From a virus, in the IMG/VR virus record IMGVR_UViG_3300025828_004167, positions 8,805 through 72,804 of that record: a stretch of 64,000 nucleotides of DNA; one strand, given 5' to 3'. Positions 29,276-40,600 of this stretch are shown here, one piece after another. The translations under genes were made by a program, and so were the position numbers. Position 1 is the first letter of the stretch. Each line of letters opens with the position of its first letter. The notes beneath the pieces are model-generated. The model did not search any database. It saw nothing but the letters and a program-made list of their open reading frames with translations, and was not told the origin of the DNA.

Positions 29276-29997
29276 CGCCATTTTATGACCTCATCTAATG
29301 TTGGCTTCGCCACCCAGCTCTTGTGATTGAATCTGTCATAGTCTCCATAGCCTATGCCCATGACGAACGCCAAACCAGATCTCAGTGTGATGTCATTGTG
29401 TATCGCAGGCTCATAGAAATAACATTTACAGAAAGAAACATCTAATCCCTGTTCCACAGCCAACATCGTTGTGACCATCGCGTTCATGCCCGCCTGCTGA
29501 TTGAATTGATCCTTATGGATTTTTTCAACCTTGTCAAAAATTTGTTGTAGTTTTCCGCTTTCCCAGTACTTGCCCTGTTTCTGAGATTTCCTCATTTTCT
29601 GTGTGGCCGGATAGTACGCCAGGAGATATGGAGCCGTGACCTGGTTGTTGAAGTGCCAACTGTCGTCCTTGATGTACTGCTTGGTCTTGTCTCCGTAATG
29701 ATAGGCCAACCAGTCATCATATCTCGTTTCCAACTCCTTGGCCATCTCCAGTGTCATGTTGCTCCATCTATTGTGATCATTCTTGTGTTTTCCACACACT
29801 GTGCTCATGGCCAATTTCTTCTTCTGCGCAGAATGTTCAGGACCATACACATCTATCTCGTAGTGCCAAAAATTGTTCTTGTGTGGTGTCAGCTCTTTTG
29901 CTTTTTCCAGTATTTGCTGTATCAAGGCAACATCGGGTATCCTGTCCTGTTTGAAGAAAGAAATGTTCCTCCTCTTTTTCAGCAGATCTTCTATCAT
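29272..29997 (-). CDS. Nitroreductase-family flavoprotein
   Basis: LLKKRRNISFF...P...AP...AVEQGLDVSF...MGIGY. Confidence 0.7.
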   Translation of the reverse strand: MIEDLLKKRRNISFFKQDRIPDVALIQQILEKAKELTPHKNNFWHYEIDVYGPEHSAQKKKLAMSTVCGKHKNDHNRWSNMTLEMAKELETRYDDWLAYHYGDKTKQYIKDDSWHFNNQVTAPYLLAYYPATQKMRKSQKQGKYWESGKLQQIFDKVEKIHKDQFNQQAGMNAMVTTMLAVEQGLDVSFCKCYFYEPAIHNDITLRSGLAFVMGIGYGDYDRFNHKSWVAKPTLDEVIKWR

Positions 29998-30650
29998 ATC
30001 TTCGTTCCTATTATCATGAATCTTTTGTATTTGCCGAAATCTTTCTCATAGAACTTGATGTTCCTCAATTTCGACACGTACTGATTCGCGAAATCCTCCA
30101 CCGTGTCCACACAATTGATGTGTTGTGTTATTTCCCTGTAGTTGTTGCTCTGCAACACGACCAATGTGTGTTCCTCTAATTTACTTATAGTGTCGTAGAT
30201 CATGGATTGATCAAGATGTTCACAGGATGTACATATAACAATGGAATTTTCAAACTTATCTATTTCTTTGATATCCTTTTCAACAAATTTAATGTATGTT
30301 AGGTAACCATTTTTCAAATTATCAGCATCAACTTTCTGCCATAGTTTTTTAGCCACAGTTTTGGCTTGTGGATCAAAATCTACACAATCTATGTGACCTA
30401 TCTTTTTCAGTGTCAATTTTTTTACCAACATGTGTGCCAACAGTCCATACCAACTGCCTAAAATAGAAACACTGATATTTTTATCCAACGTCTTGCATTT
30501 GAAATGGTGAGGATATTCATTTAATTTTTCAATCAGCCAGTCTTTACTAGCATACTGATTTGTGCTGAGACTATCAATGACGTCAATTATTCTGTCTGGA
30601 CATTTCTCTAACAGTCTCTTTACCGTGTCTAGTGTGTCCCTATCAAACAT
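29994..30650 (-). CDS. SAM-dependent methyltransferase-like protein
   Basis: ILGSWYG, CVDFD, CTSCEH, LQSNNY, RFMIIG. Confidence 0.65.
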   Translation of the reverse strand: MFDRDTLDTVKRLLEKCPDRIIDVIDSLSTNQYASKDWLIEKLNEYPHHFKCKTLDKNISVSILGSWYGLLAHMLVKKLTLKKIGHIDCVDFDPQAKTVAKKLWQKVDADNLKNGYLTYIKFVEKDIKEIDKFENSIVICTSCEHLDQSMIYDTISKLEEHTLVVLQSNNYREITQHINCVDTVEDFANQYVSKLRNIKFYEKDFGKYKRFMIIGTKI

Positions 30651-31218
30651 ATTTTTGATTGTGCAACAGTATTGTGTTGTGTTCCACTCCCTCCTGCCAG
30701 CTGGATATCTGATCTCCTATGAAATAGTTGTATTTGACGTCTTCGTTGTAGATGTATCTGTCTATACCAGAGTACAATCTCACATATAGATCTCTGTGTT
30801 TCATGAACTTTTCAAACACGTGCCGTTGATCGCTCCAACGCATTATCGAAGAGTTCACCAGCGTGTTCTGTGTCACACGGAATTTCAAGGGCGTCTTCAA
30901 AGATTCCTGTTTCCATGCACTGCTGTTGACCAAGGTCAACCCTTCGAAATCACTCGCTAAGAAATCAATGTTATCATTTATGGCTATGTCTAAATCAAAG
31001 AACAAGCACTGTCCCGTGAACTGTAGTAGGGATAACTTATGGAACACACCACGCAGTTCGGGGTGCGTGACTGGAATATCATACTCCTTCTCTGGTCTAT
31101 CTGTGAGACATCTAAATGTGTGATCTAATGTGAGATGTTCTGCGACAGAGTTTTTTAACTTTTTATCAAAGTCTCTGGTGTATTTCGTTCCGACGTTAAC
31201 ACAGTATACATCAATCAT
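30643..31218 (-). CDS. Glycosyltransferase-like protein
   Basis: VGTKY, CLTD, HKL, FFDLD, NSSIM. Confidence 0.72.
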   Translation of the reverse strand: MIDVYCVNVGTKYTRDFDKKLKNSVAEHLTLDHTFRCLTDRPEKEYDIPVTHPELRGVFHKLSLLQFTGQCLFFDLDIAINDNIDFLASDFEGLTLVNSSAWKQESLKTPLKFRVTQNTLVNSSIMRWSDQRHVFEKFMKHRDLYVRLYSGIDRYIYNEDVKYNYFIGDQISSWQEGVEHNTILLHNQKYV

Positions 31219-31681
31219 CAAAGTTATTGTAGGCCACCAACAGCTCGAGCGGTGTCTTTGCTGATCTTAGTTGAGATTTCTTTTCCTTGTCGGTAGACCC
31301 CTTCACTTTTTCTGTTTCAAATATTTCCACCTTGGTGGTGAACAACATTTCCTTACACTGTGCGTCGTTTGGATCAAAGTTCAGTATGCACTTGACGAAG
31401 TCCTCCACAGATACACGTTGTTTGATATCTGTTTTTGACTTTATGCCAGCGTCCACTATGTCGCTCAGTTGCTGTGCGTATCTCCTGTTCCGGGCGATCG
31501 TGGCCTCCGCTATCTTGTCCGTGCTGTATTCCGACACGAGGTCCTTGAAGTCTTGGTTGTTGTAATCAACCGGGAGATAATGATTTATCGCCCGCTTGCC
31601 GTCCTCATAGATCACCTCGACTGTGTTGTTTTCTGAATTTGCGAAATACGCCTCTATTATTTTTCCACTGAATATTGCCAT
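31211..31681 (-). CDS. Hypothetical protein, first gene of GT cassette 2
   Basis: 156 aa with AAAGGA RBS. Confidence 0.7.
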   Translation of the reverse strand: MAIFSGKIIEAYFANSENNTVEVIYEDGKRAINHYLPVDYNNQDFKDLVSEYSTDKIAEATIARNRRYAQQLSDIVDAGIKSKTDIKQRVSVEDFVKCILNFDPNDAQCKEMLFTTKVEIFETEKVKGSTDKEKKSQLRSAKTPLELLVAYNNFDD

Positions 31682-31704
31682 TTTTAATCCTTTGTTGCTG
31701 TGTT

Positions 31705-31733
31705 ATTGTAGCAGAACAACATCAAAAAGTCAA
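31705..31733 (-). promoter_or_regulatory. Sigma70-type promoter TTGACT-17-TACAAT with extended -10 TG
   Basis: -35 at 31728-31733, -10 at 31705-31710. Confidence 0.75.
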
Positions 31734-32666
31734 TTATGATTTCAGTATCTTGAATGTGTAGGTGTTTACAGTTGTGGGTGTTCCGTCTGGGAATTCCTGT
31801 GCCCGGTAGTCGTTGGAATTGACGAATCTGGTCTGGTAATTTCCACTTCCGCCAGTGAGCTGTGTGTTCACTATGGCTGTGCCCCTGGCCGTACCACTTC
31901 CGTCTATGTTGTATGAGATCTGGTATCCTGTCGAGGAGTTAACCACTTGATCTTTGATGTATTCCTGTAGCAGTACACCGATCTCCGCGCCCGAATACTG
32001 TTTGAGATTGTTAGACGCATCTATGTACACGGGAGGATTGTAGGTGGGTAACACCCCATCGATGACATGTAGGTAATAGTTGGTTATGGTCTGTGGCTGG
32101 TCCTGTGGCTCGCTTATATCAGCGGCCGAATACGCCGAGGTGTCTGCCCTGGTGTCAGTGAATATCGGTGTCGATGATACCAGTGTCGCTCCTGTAACAG
32201 AAGTAGATGTCGAAACGAAATATGTTCCTGCCTGGGCACTCGTTGTATCGCCCAATGACATTTGATTTATGGTTGGATACACGAATGTATCTATGAAATC
32301 CTGTTCGGTCATGGCCTGTACCTGTGTGCCATTCCAGTAGATTGGGAAGGTCTTGCCCGTATCTGTGGTGGTTATAGATGCTGATCCTGTGACCTGTGTG
32401 ATACGTTGGAACGAAGTCGTGACCACGCTGGGTTCATCTGTTGTTGCTTCAGACGGATAACCTCCACTTGCCGACAATCCCGCGCCTGCCTGTAGCCTAG
32501 TGTCGTCGATTGATGTTAGATTTCCCCCCGAACCAGACACTGTCAGTGTCCTTGAAGGTGATAATGAATAGTAATATGCGCCGAGGGTGTATATGTTGGT
32601 CAGATCACTGCTCTTCATCTGCTGAAGTTGTGCGCCGTTGTATATTAAAGGTGTTCTAACAGTCAT
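31734..32666 (-). CDS. Virion tail-associated structural protein
   Basis: 310 aa, S/T-rich, internal repeat (DDTRLQA/TDTRADT/VNTQLTG). Confidence 0.6.
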   Translation of the reverse strand: MTVRTPLIYNGAQLQQMKSSDLTNIYTLGAYYYSLSPSRTLTVSGSGGNLTSIDDTRLQAGAGLSASGGYPSEATTDEPSVVTTSFQRITQVTGSASITTTDTGKTFPIYWNGTQVQAMTEQDFIDTFVYPTINQMSLGDTTSAQAGTYFVSTSTSVTGATLVSSTPIFTDTRADTSAYSAADISEPQDQPQTITNYYLHVIDGVLPTYNPPVYIDASNNLKQYSGAEIGVLLQEYIKDQVVNSSTGYQISYNIDGSGTARGTAIVNTQLTGGSGNYQTRFVNSNDYRAQEFPDGTPTTVNTYTFKILKS

Positions 32667-32676
32667 ATGATTAGTT

Positions 32677-32705
32677 ATTATAAAACATTCCTAGGAACAT
32701 TTCAA
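32677..32705 (-). promoter_or_regulatory. Sigma70-type promoter TTGAAA-17-TATAAT
   Basis: -35 at 32700-32705, -10 at 32677-32682, 10 nt from ATG. Confidence 0.55.
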
Positions 32706-32713
32706 CCATAAAA

Positions 32714-33931
32714 TTACGCTCCTGCGCCGTATATGGTCTTTAGTACCGTTCCCGTACTGCTCAGGATTTGTAATGATGTGCTTGATGCGAACATGGTCGA
32801 TGTCACTGTGCCAGTGTCTCCAGTCGTTACCACTGTACCTGTGACGTTTGGTATGGTAATGGTCCTGTCCGCAGTTGGGTTGGCCACTGTGATCGTGGTT
32901 TCGAAAGCGTCATCTGATGATCCTTCGAAGATGATTGTACCACTGGTTGTGAGTTGTATGCCCGACGTTGTTACAGCACCTGTTAATGGTCCTGTGAAAG
33001 CGGTCGCGTTCACAGTGCCCGCCACATCCAGTTTGGTACTAGGAGTTACTGTGCCTATACCTACCCTAGACTCGGCTCCATCGATGGTCATCACCGTAGT
33101 GCTGGTTCCACCATCATTGACCTTGAACGTGATGTCTGTGTTCTGTGCCGTGTTTGACAATATCACACCGTTGCTGTCAACTGTGATAGAAAGGTCATTG
33201 TCAGCACCCACGGTAATACCTGAGTCATTGACAATACCCAGTGTGCCTGTTGTGGTGTCGTTGGCGTCTGATCTGAGGAACGATGCCGCCGCTATGCCGC
33301 CAAGTTTATCTGCGTCTGTGGCAGTACCGTTTAATTTGATTCCTGAAGGTGAAGTTGTGAATGTTATTCCCTTGTACACAGTTGGGAAACCTGTTATCGC
33401 TGTCTGTGGCGTAAACTCCGTGTCCGAAACTATGGCTATCAGCGTGCCATCACTGTACCATTTGGTTATGGGTTGACTAGCTGTGGTGGAATCTGTGACT
33501 GCTTCATACACGAAACCATTTAACGAACCTGTTGAAGTTGGTGGACCGACCAGCACACTCTGAGATCCGTCATAGTAGAACAGTTGTCCTACATCTGAAT
33601 CTATCCAGAGGTCTCCCTGTTGTATACCACTTGGTTGTGTGGATTGGTAGGGAATGTTACCCCCGGCAGGAACGAAAAGGTTCCCTGTGTAGACTTTCAA
33701 TCTGTCAACGTCACTGTCATACCAGAGTTGCCCTTGTACTGGTTTGGTCGGTGCCGAATCGTTGGCAAAATTTTCCAGTAGATGGAGGAAATTCTCCGCT
33801 ATCAGCTCTCCATAACCCGCATAACCCTTACCAATGAAACTGAGATCCGTCTGTGTGTTGACCACACCGTCCTGTACTATGTACTGGTTAGGTGAAGCGG
33901 CGCTGTTTGTCTTGTTTACTGTGTAAGCCAT
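32714..33931 (-). CDS. Tail fibre-like protein, paralog of 17306..18946
   Basis: Shared TDL..GKGYAG.GE..ENF..QGQLW.D..QGDLW.D, GTATD.D.LGG.A..FLRSD.ND.TTG, FKVNDGG blocks; different C-terminus. Confidence 0.75.
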   Translation of the reverse strand: MAYTVNKTNSAASPNQYIVQDGVVNTQTDLSFIGKGYAGYGELIAENFLHLLENFANDSAPTKPVQGQLWYDSDVDRLKVYTGNLFVPAGGNIPYQSTQPSGIQQGDLWIDSDVGQLFYYDGSQSVLVGPPTSTGSLNGFVYEAVTDSTTASQPITKWYSDGTLIAIVSDTEFTPQTAITGFPTVYKGITFTTSPSGIKLNGTATDADKLGGIAAASFLRSDANDTTTGTLGIVNDSGITVGADNDLSITVDSNGVILSNTAQNTDITFKVNDGGTSTTVMTIDGAESRVGIGTVTPSTKLDVAGTVNATAFTGPLTGAVTTSGIQLTTSGTIIFEGSSDDAFETTITVANPTADRTITIPNVTGTVVTTGDTGTVTSTMFASSTSLQILSSTGTVLKTIYGAGA

Positions 33932-33934
33932 CCG

Positions 33935-34660
33935 TTAGTATCCTGTGTTACCACCTGCTGTAGTTCCACTCACTGTATTCGAAGTTGACAGTGCTGTCGA
34001 GCTCGTCTCAGTGAACGTTGTTAAACTTTGAATTCTCAGTGTGTAGTCGATCTGTATCAACCGGTTAAGTGATTTCTGTACTGGGTGGAAGATCACGTGT
34101 GTCAGTAACTTGTTGGTCGCTCCGTTCTCAGATCCTTCCCATGACTTGAGACCCAGTTCATCAAACACATAGTCACCGTTGAAGTTGGTCGTGTTGTCGA
34201 ATGACGCCTGTCCTGTGGGTTCACCGTAGTCCAGTGTACATGTACACACGATGTCAGTGAATTTATTTCCTGTGATATGTCTCACTTCCATCTTGTTCCT
34301 TGTAGTATCTTTGTTTGTTGCGGAGTTGTTGTCGATGACTTTGTAATAGGTCTGGTTATATAGAGTGGCGTTTGTTCCAGTAGAGTTGGGTGTGAGGTAA
34401 GTTATGATACCTGTTGGGTCGACTGAAGTACCACCATTTCCAAAGGCCATCTCATGTATGAATCCCGTGCTCTTGTTGGCCAGCGAGTTGGCCATGGCCT
34501 GACTCATGTTCTCATAGTGTATGGCGTTGCGCTTGTCCACTATGACCTCACCCGTCTCTGGATCGAAAATCTTGATGTGCCCAGTCATCATCACTCCGGT
34601 GTGATCCTGTGGCTTCTTGTTCTCTTCTTTTGATTCTTGTGATTTGTTTTCCTGTGTCAT
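33935..34660 (-). CDS. Baseplate/tail structural protein
   Basis: 241 aa; MAFGNGG, LDYGEP, FDELGL, HVIFHPVQKS; lies between giant baseplate gene and fibre. Confidence 0.65.
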   Translation of the reverse strand: MTQENKSQESKEENKKPQDHTGVMMTGHIKIFDPETGEVIVDKRNAIHYENMSQAMANSLANKSTGFIHEMAFGNGGTSVDPTGIITYLTPNSTGTNATLYNQTYYKVIDNNSATNKDTTRNKMEVRHITGNKFTDIVCTCTLDYGEPTGQASFDNTTNFNGDYVFDELGLKSWEGSENGATNKLLTHVIFHPVQKSLNRLIQIDYTLRIQSLTTFTETSSTALSTSNTVSGTTAGGNTGY

Positions 34661-34666
34661 CTAGTG

Positions 34667-34672
34667 TATTTA
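34667..34672 (-). promoter_or_regulatory. Late-type TAAATA element
   Basis: 6 nt upstream of ATG 34660; includes stop codon of giant gene. Confidence 0.55.
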
Positions 34673-37600
34673 TTCAGGTGCGTTTGTGGGCTCCTCTGCT
34701 ATGAATTGGGCCTGTTGTGATGTAGAACCCTGTAGTCCTTTACCATCAGCAGGATTACCATCCTTCGCAGTGTACCATACCTGTCCTCTCTTGTGTAATA
34801 TCTTGATCTGTACGGCGTCAGCGGGTGCTGTGCTCAAAGTGACAACATTGGTGCTTCCGTCCACAGAATAGTTGATAGTTGATCCATCCTCGCTAGTGAG
34901 CAACAATCGTTGGCCACCAATGAATATGTCTAACTCACTAGCGAATGATGGGGTTTGTGATAGAGTGAACGCAATCGTACTGCCATCACCTGTGAAGGTG
35001 TTGGTGTATATCGTGTCCACGTAAGGGATGGTTTGAGTACCAGACGCGTCTACCACTGCTGTGCCTGATCCATGCTCCTTGACTCCTGTTCCCAACGTAC
35101 CACGCTTGATCTGTCCAAGTTGGTTGTTGGTCTTTGTAAAGTATTCGATTCTCTCCTTGCCTATGAACACCACTCCCGGTATTATGGTGCTAACCGTGGA
35201 CCCGTCTAGACCAATCACAGTCTGTGGGTTGGCCAATACTGACCCATCCGCCACCGTTATGGTCTCGTCATCCACTGATAAAGTCTGCGTCAGTTCCGTG
35301 GTGTGTGTCTTAGAGATACGCTTGTAGAAAGTCCTGTTCATCATGTCCTTGAATATCCTGTAACCGGTTGCGCCCGTGGCAGTCTCTAATGCGAAGTACA
35401 TCACATCTAATCTGTCAGATGACACGATTGTCTTGCCTGATATTGTGATAGTGCTTCCTGAAAGTGTGTAGTCGAATCCCTGTGCTAATTGCTGACCGTT
35501 CAACCACACGAACATGTATGAAGAGTTCAGTGGTGTGTAGTACAGTTCATGTACACCGCTCGGTCTCCCCTCCAGCACTTCTCTCCTCATCTTAGTTCCA
35601 AGAGCATTATTAAAAGTAGTCACCCTCAACACGGAACCGTTCGTAAGTGTGTGACCGTCTGCGGCGATTTGAGCAGTGTCTAGAACTAGTGCTGATGAAC
35701 TGTCCCCGCCGTCGATCGTATAATGTTTATCAACCAAGGTCGTTATGGCTATCACATCTCCCTCCACTGCACCTGTACCTTGCATATGCACAGTCTGTGT
35801 CACAAGATCAACTTCATAGTTTCCCTCCTGAGCCACGGTGCCCTCTACTAATTTCCTTCCGTTGTAGTGTACCTCGATCTGATCTTTACTGGTGATCACC
35901 TTGGCGGGATCCACCGTCGAACCATCACTCAGTCCAGATGTTACACCAAATGAGTATGTGGTTCCGTCACCCACGTAATATGTGGTGTCTGGCCCTCTTA
36001 AAACTTTTCCGTCCAGTTCCACTATTGTGAGTGCGTGGAAAGGCGAGACCGATCCCGGTGGGAATGTCATCGGCAAGGTTGTTGTGGAACCGTCGTATAT
36101 TATGTCCTCAGCTCTGATCTGTGCCACGCTCCTGGATATGCCTGTTTTCTGGAAACCTGCCACTTGTATGAAATCTCCTGCCGCTGGCGGTTCAACGAAT
36201 GTTATTGTCAAAGTGTTTGAGAAACTGCTTCCAGAAGACACGGTCGATGTGAACGCCGTTGTAGGTAATCCATTCTTGGTCACGTAGATCTCAGACGCTG
36301 TTGAATCTATGTTGAAGTCTTCCCTCACAGATGTTGCGAACTCCACAGTCGATCCATCACCCGTGTACTGATCCAACACCCTGTAATTCTGTCCCGATAT
36401 AGCAAACACTTTTGTTGTGATGATGCTAGTGTTTGCTGGTGCTGACGTGAATGTGATGGTCTTGGCCGCTACATCCACTGTGTAGTCTGCCGCTGTCGAA
36501 CCATCCAACGAAACTTTTTTAGTTACTCCGTCAACTGTCACCATGACTGATGCCAATGATCCTGGATATTCCCCTATAGAATAAGTGGTTGTGCTACCAT
36601 TACCTATGTAAGTTTTCTCTGTGATGAAAGGTACGCCCGATTCCGGTGAAGTGTACACCTTGATGTCCACTGTGTCAAAGATCTGTCCTGGCACGACTTC
36701 CTCCGGTGCGTAACTGGTTGTGGGAGATAGGAACTCATCGCCATCCACGTTGATGTCTGAAGGTGCTGATCCCAGCGCCGAAGCATACAGTCCATCCTTG
36801 GTGAACAGTCCGCCTTTGATTATGGAATCAAGTGTCCTATCGTCCGTTGGTGTTAACACACCGTCGTCATCCGCTGGTATGAATTCTACTAGTGCGTTCT
36901 CGTCTGGTGTAGTGCTCAAAGTGAATGTTGTCGTGCTACCGTCTCCCGTGATCACATCTGACAGTTTGGTTCTTGTGCTGTCATCTTTTGATGTGTAAAC
37001 GTAATACACTGATCCACTGGCCGGAGCCGTCGGGAAGGTATATGAGTTAGTTGATCCATCTGCTAGGAACGGCACCGTCCTTGATAATCCGTAATTGTCC
37101 CATGGGTAGTCATACCAAGCCGACTGATCCCAGCCCTGGCTCTGTGTGAATAATAGTCCTGTGACCATGGTTCCACCGTAGTCCACTCCCGACATTACCT
37201 GTGAAAGTTCGTTGCCCGGCATTCCCGCCGCCGGTGTGTAGAATCCCTTGATCCTGTCCGCCGCCGTCAATCCTGACTCATCACCATAGTACTTGCTGAC
37301 AGCACCTATGTTGTCGTCGAAGTCGGTGGTGGATGTGAAAGGACTGACCGCCTTGTACAATTCGTTGTCGTATCTGATCTTGTCACCGTAGGCGTAACTG
37401 GTGTTGGCCGCCCAGTTGACCACTGTTGACGTGCTGGCTATCCTATCAAACTTGATTGTGGTGTTGAAATCCCTCACCAGGTCATTGCCTAGATTAGCAT
37501 AGGCCTTGGCCACGTCTGTTGGTGTTGAACCGTCCGCCTTACCACCTGTTATGGTCACCGTTGGTGTGGTACTATAACCAAATCCTATACCCGTCACAGT

Positions 37601-40600
37601 GATTGAAGTCACCGCGCCACCACTTATGGTCGCCGTTGCTGTGGCAGATGTTGAGTCATCGCCAGTGATTGTTACTGTGGGTGCCACTTCATATCCGGAT
37701 CCACCGTAAAACACAGTTATAGATTGTACGTGCTTCCTGTGGTAGTCATACCACAACTGCCATGGGTACTGCGTGAGCCTGGTGGTCTCTGTGGCTGGGT
37801 TGATGGATCTTATCTTGCCAATGCTCTCGTCATAGAACGGTGGATTGTCGAAATCGGTTATGACACCATCGTGCTGTTCCGGCGCGTTGTAGCCCAGTTT
37901 GTACTCTCTTAATTTTGTGTGGAAAGGTTTGACCTCATTGATGTAGCTCTCTATCCAGTCATCCGTTCCCGTGGTGTATGTTTTCCTCTGGTCGAACTGC
38001 CTCACCTTGTTGACCGCTGTTATGAAACTGGTCTTGAACATCCAATCAACATAGGTCTGTTCTTCCAGCACCTTCCTCAATCCCGTGAAGAACAGTGTGT
38101 TGTACTCGAATTTAAGGTCACCTATGAACAGGTCATCCCTCAATGCCGTCAATATCTTTCTCGTCTCAGTAACCGGTTCTTGGTCAAAGGTGTTGTCATC
38201 AAAGTTGTCCTCACCATCATAACCTGTGGCGTCTTGTGAATAATCATAGAGCTTAGTGCTCAATCTAATTGTGCCGTTTTCCGTGCCCACGTTTTCCCAT
38301 CCTGTGGCCGTCCTCATGAACAGTTTCCACCCACCAGTGTCTGCACTGGTCACTTTCACATGTTTTCCAACTGCTAGGTCGAGGGCGTCAAGTTCGTACT
38401 CGAAGGTCACTTGTTTGTCGATCACGGTGTTCTCGTCGTGTACCATGTCGCCGTCGGTCTTATACCAGTCAGTGTAACTCCAGTAGTTTGATGTGTTGTA
38501 TGTCTGTATCCTCGTCCTAGACCATTCCGTGCCATCCCATTGGTATATCGCCCAGTAGTTGTTTGCGGTCTCGTCTGATTTCACGAGGTAGTTCACTGTT
38601 CCTGACAGGTCTCCTGTGTTCAAGTATCCCAACTCAGCATAGGTATCCACCTGCCCGTCCCATAGACCGCTGGCGCTGGTCGGCTCTGGCTCCTTGGCGT
38701 CAAGATTTGTTAGGCTTATCTGTCCCACCAGTTGGTTCTTCTTGAGAACCGAATTAGCGTAATCGATTATCTCCTTAAGTGCTGAGAATCTATCCACGTA
38801 CCAACTCTGTCTTGGTCTGATGTTGTTTCCATATTTCTGGTTCAAAGATAGATCCACGTCCGGAACGGCATCCCCCGAGATATTCTTACCACACAGTGAA
38901 TCCCACCAACGAGACTCGATCTGGTGTCCTGGCCTGTAGTCCGGATCTCCTTCTCGTACTAGTTTCCATACCGAGTGTGCGTCTCCGTCAAATGAGTTGG
39001 TTCTGATGTCCACGTTCAACACGATATCGCTGTTGACGAGATCGTTCACGCCATTTATGATCAATTTGTTGGTGTCTGTTACCGAGTAATATTTCATGCC
39101 TGAGTTTTCCGGGTTCCTGATCAGGTTCGCCACCAATGCCGTGGTGTTCTTCCTGTTCACCACCGAGTTTGACGGGATCGATGACCTGTTCTTGACCCAA
39201 AAGTAGTACCTGTTCACAAATGTATCTACTCTAGAATCGTATTTCTGCACCACTGTGAAGTTTTCAGATGCCTCTCCTGTCACTGATGAGAATGCACCCT
39301 CCTGTGTGCCTGACAGCGTGTTCCATTCAGTTGGAGTAAACTGAGATTCCGTCCATTCGTAAATGTCTATGCTGGATCCTGGGAAAGTTTTGCCCCAGTT
39401 GTTGACCTTGTATTCCTGCGTGCCTTGTTCGTACCATAACCATTTCACTGTTGAAAGGTCCCACCATACCTCACCAATGTGGTTTTCGGCCCATGGTGTC
39501 TTGGTGTTGGCATTGTCACCGGTATTGTACACTGCCGGATCCCATGGAGACTTGATGTTGATTTCTCTATCTGCCACTCCCAGTATCCTACCTTTCATTG
39601 GATCATATAAATCGTAGTAATCCCTGATCTGCTTGGTCTTGTTATCAAAGTCAAATACCTGTCCAAGTTTGGCTATGTCTACTAATACCGTTTCTGTTGT
39701 GATGTTCTTCCATGCGTACTCGTCCTCTACCTTTAGGTCATAACAATATACTGTACCGTCATTGGTCAAGCCAGTATTGCCCTCGTCCTTTGGTGCTCCT
39801 ATGAACAGGTTGTTGTCGATCATGCACACGCCCCTACCGAAGTCGTCGTTCTCCGAAACGTTATCTGATATTATTCTGTCATCCAATACAAACTTGGTAT
39901 TGTACACCGTGGCAGTGTATGCCGCACCAGAACCTGTGTTGAGGTCAATTATATTAGTGTCTTGTAGGTCGAAAGTGGTCTCACCTGAATCAAATTTCAT
40001 TGGTCTAGGATTGGCTGATTTCTCAGCACCTATGATCAATCTGGTTCCCGATTGGTTCATTGACAACGATGAACCGAACTTGGCATCAGAAATGTCCCCA
40101 GGCTCGTTTATGGTCTGATCCAATGTGTAGGTGTTGGTCGATCCATCCCTGTTCCATTTGTATATGTAGACTGCGCCCGCGTCGGCCTGATCTGCGTTAT
40201 CCACTCCTGGTGCGCCTATGGCCAGTGTCGTACCGTCCTTGCTCATCGCAATCGACTCACCGAACGACGTATTCAAAGTTGAACCATCTTGTTCAACACC
40301 TGTCAATGTCTGTGCCAGTGCGAATGAGTTGATCGTGCTCTCGTCATTTGCCTGTGATGTCCTCACGAATATCTCGACCTTGCCGGCATTGCCTGACGCC
40401 ACGGAACTCACGACAAGTATGTCGCCGTTGTCATTGACTTCTAGTTTGTGTCCAAACCTCTGTCCCGAACCACCCGCTGGAGCATCTATAATTAAATCCT
40501 GTGTCCATGTGTCATATGTAGAACCATCAGCGCCAATGCCCCAGGTGTACATGTACACCCTACCTGTGTCGTTGTTGTGTCCTGGTGCTGTCACAAACAG

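Noticed and set aside
32733-33476. Long antisense ORFs (also 16844..17437, 54614..55357, 59811..60440)
   Set aside because: Fully overlap well-supported genes; explained by codon bias
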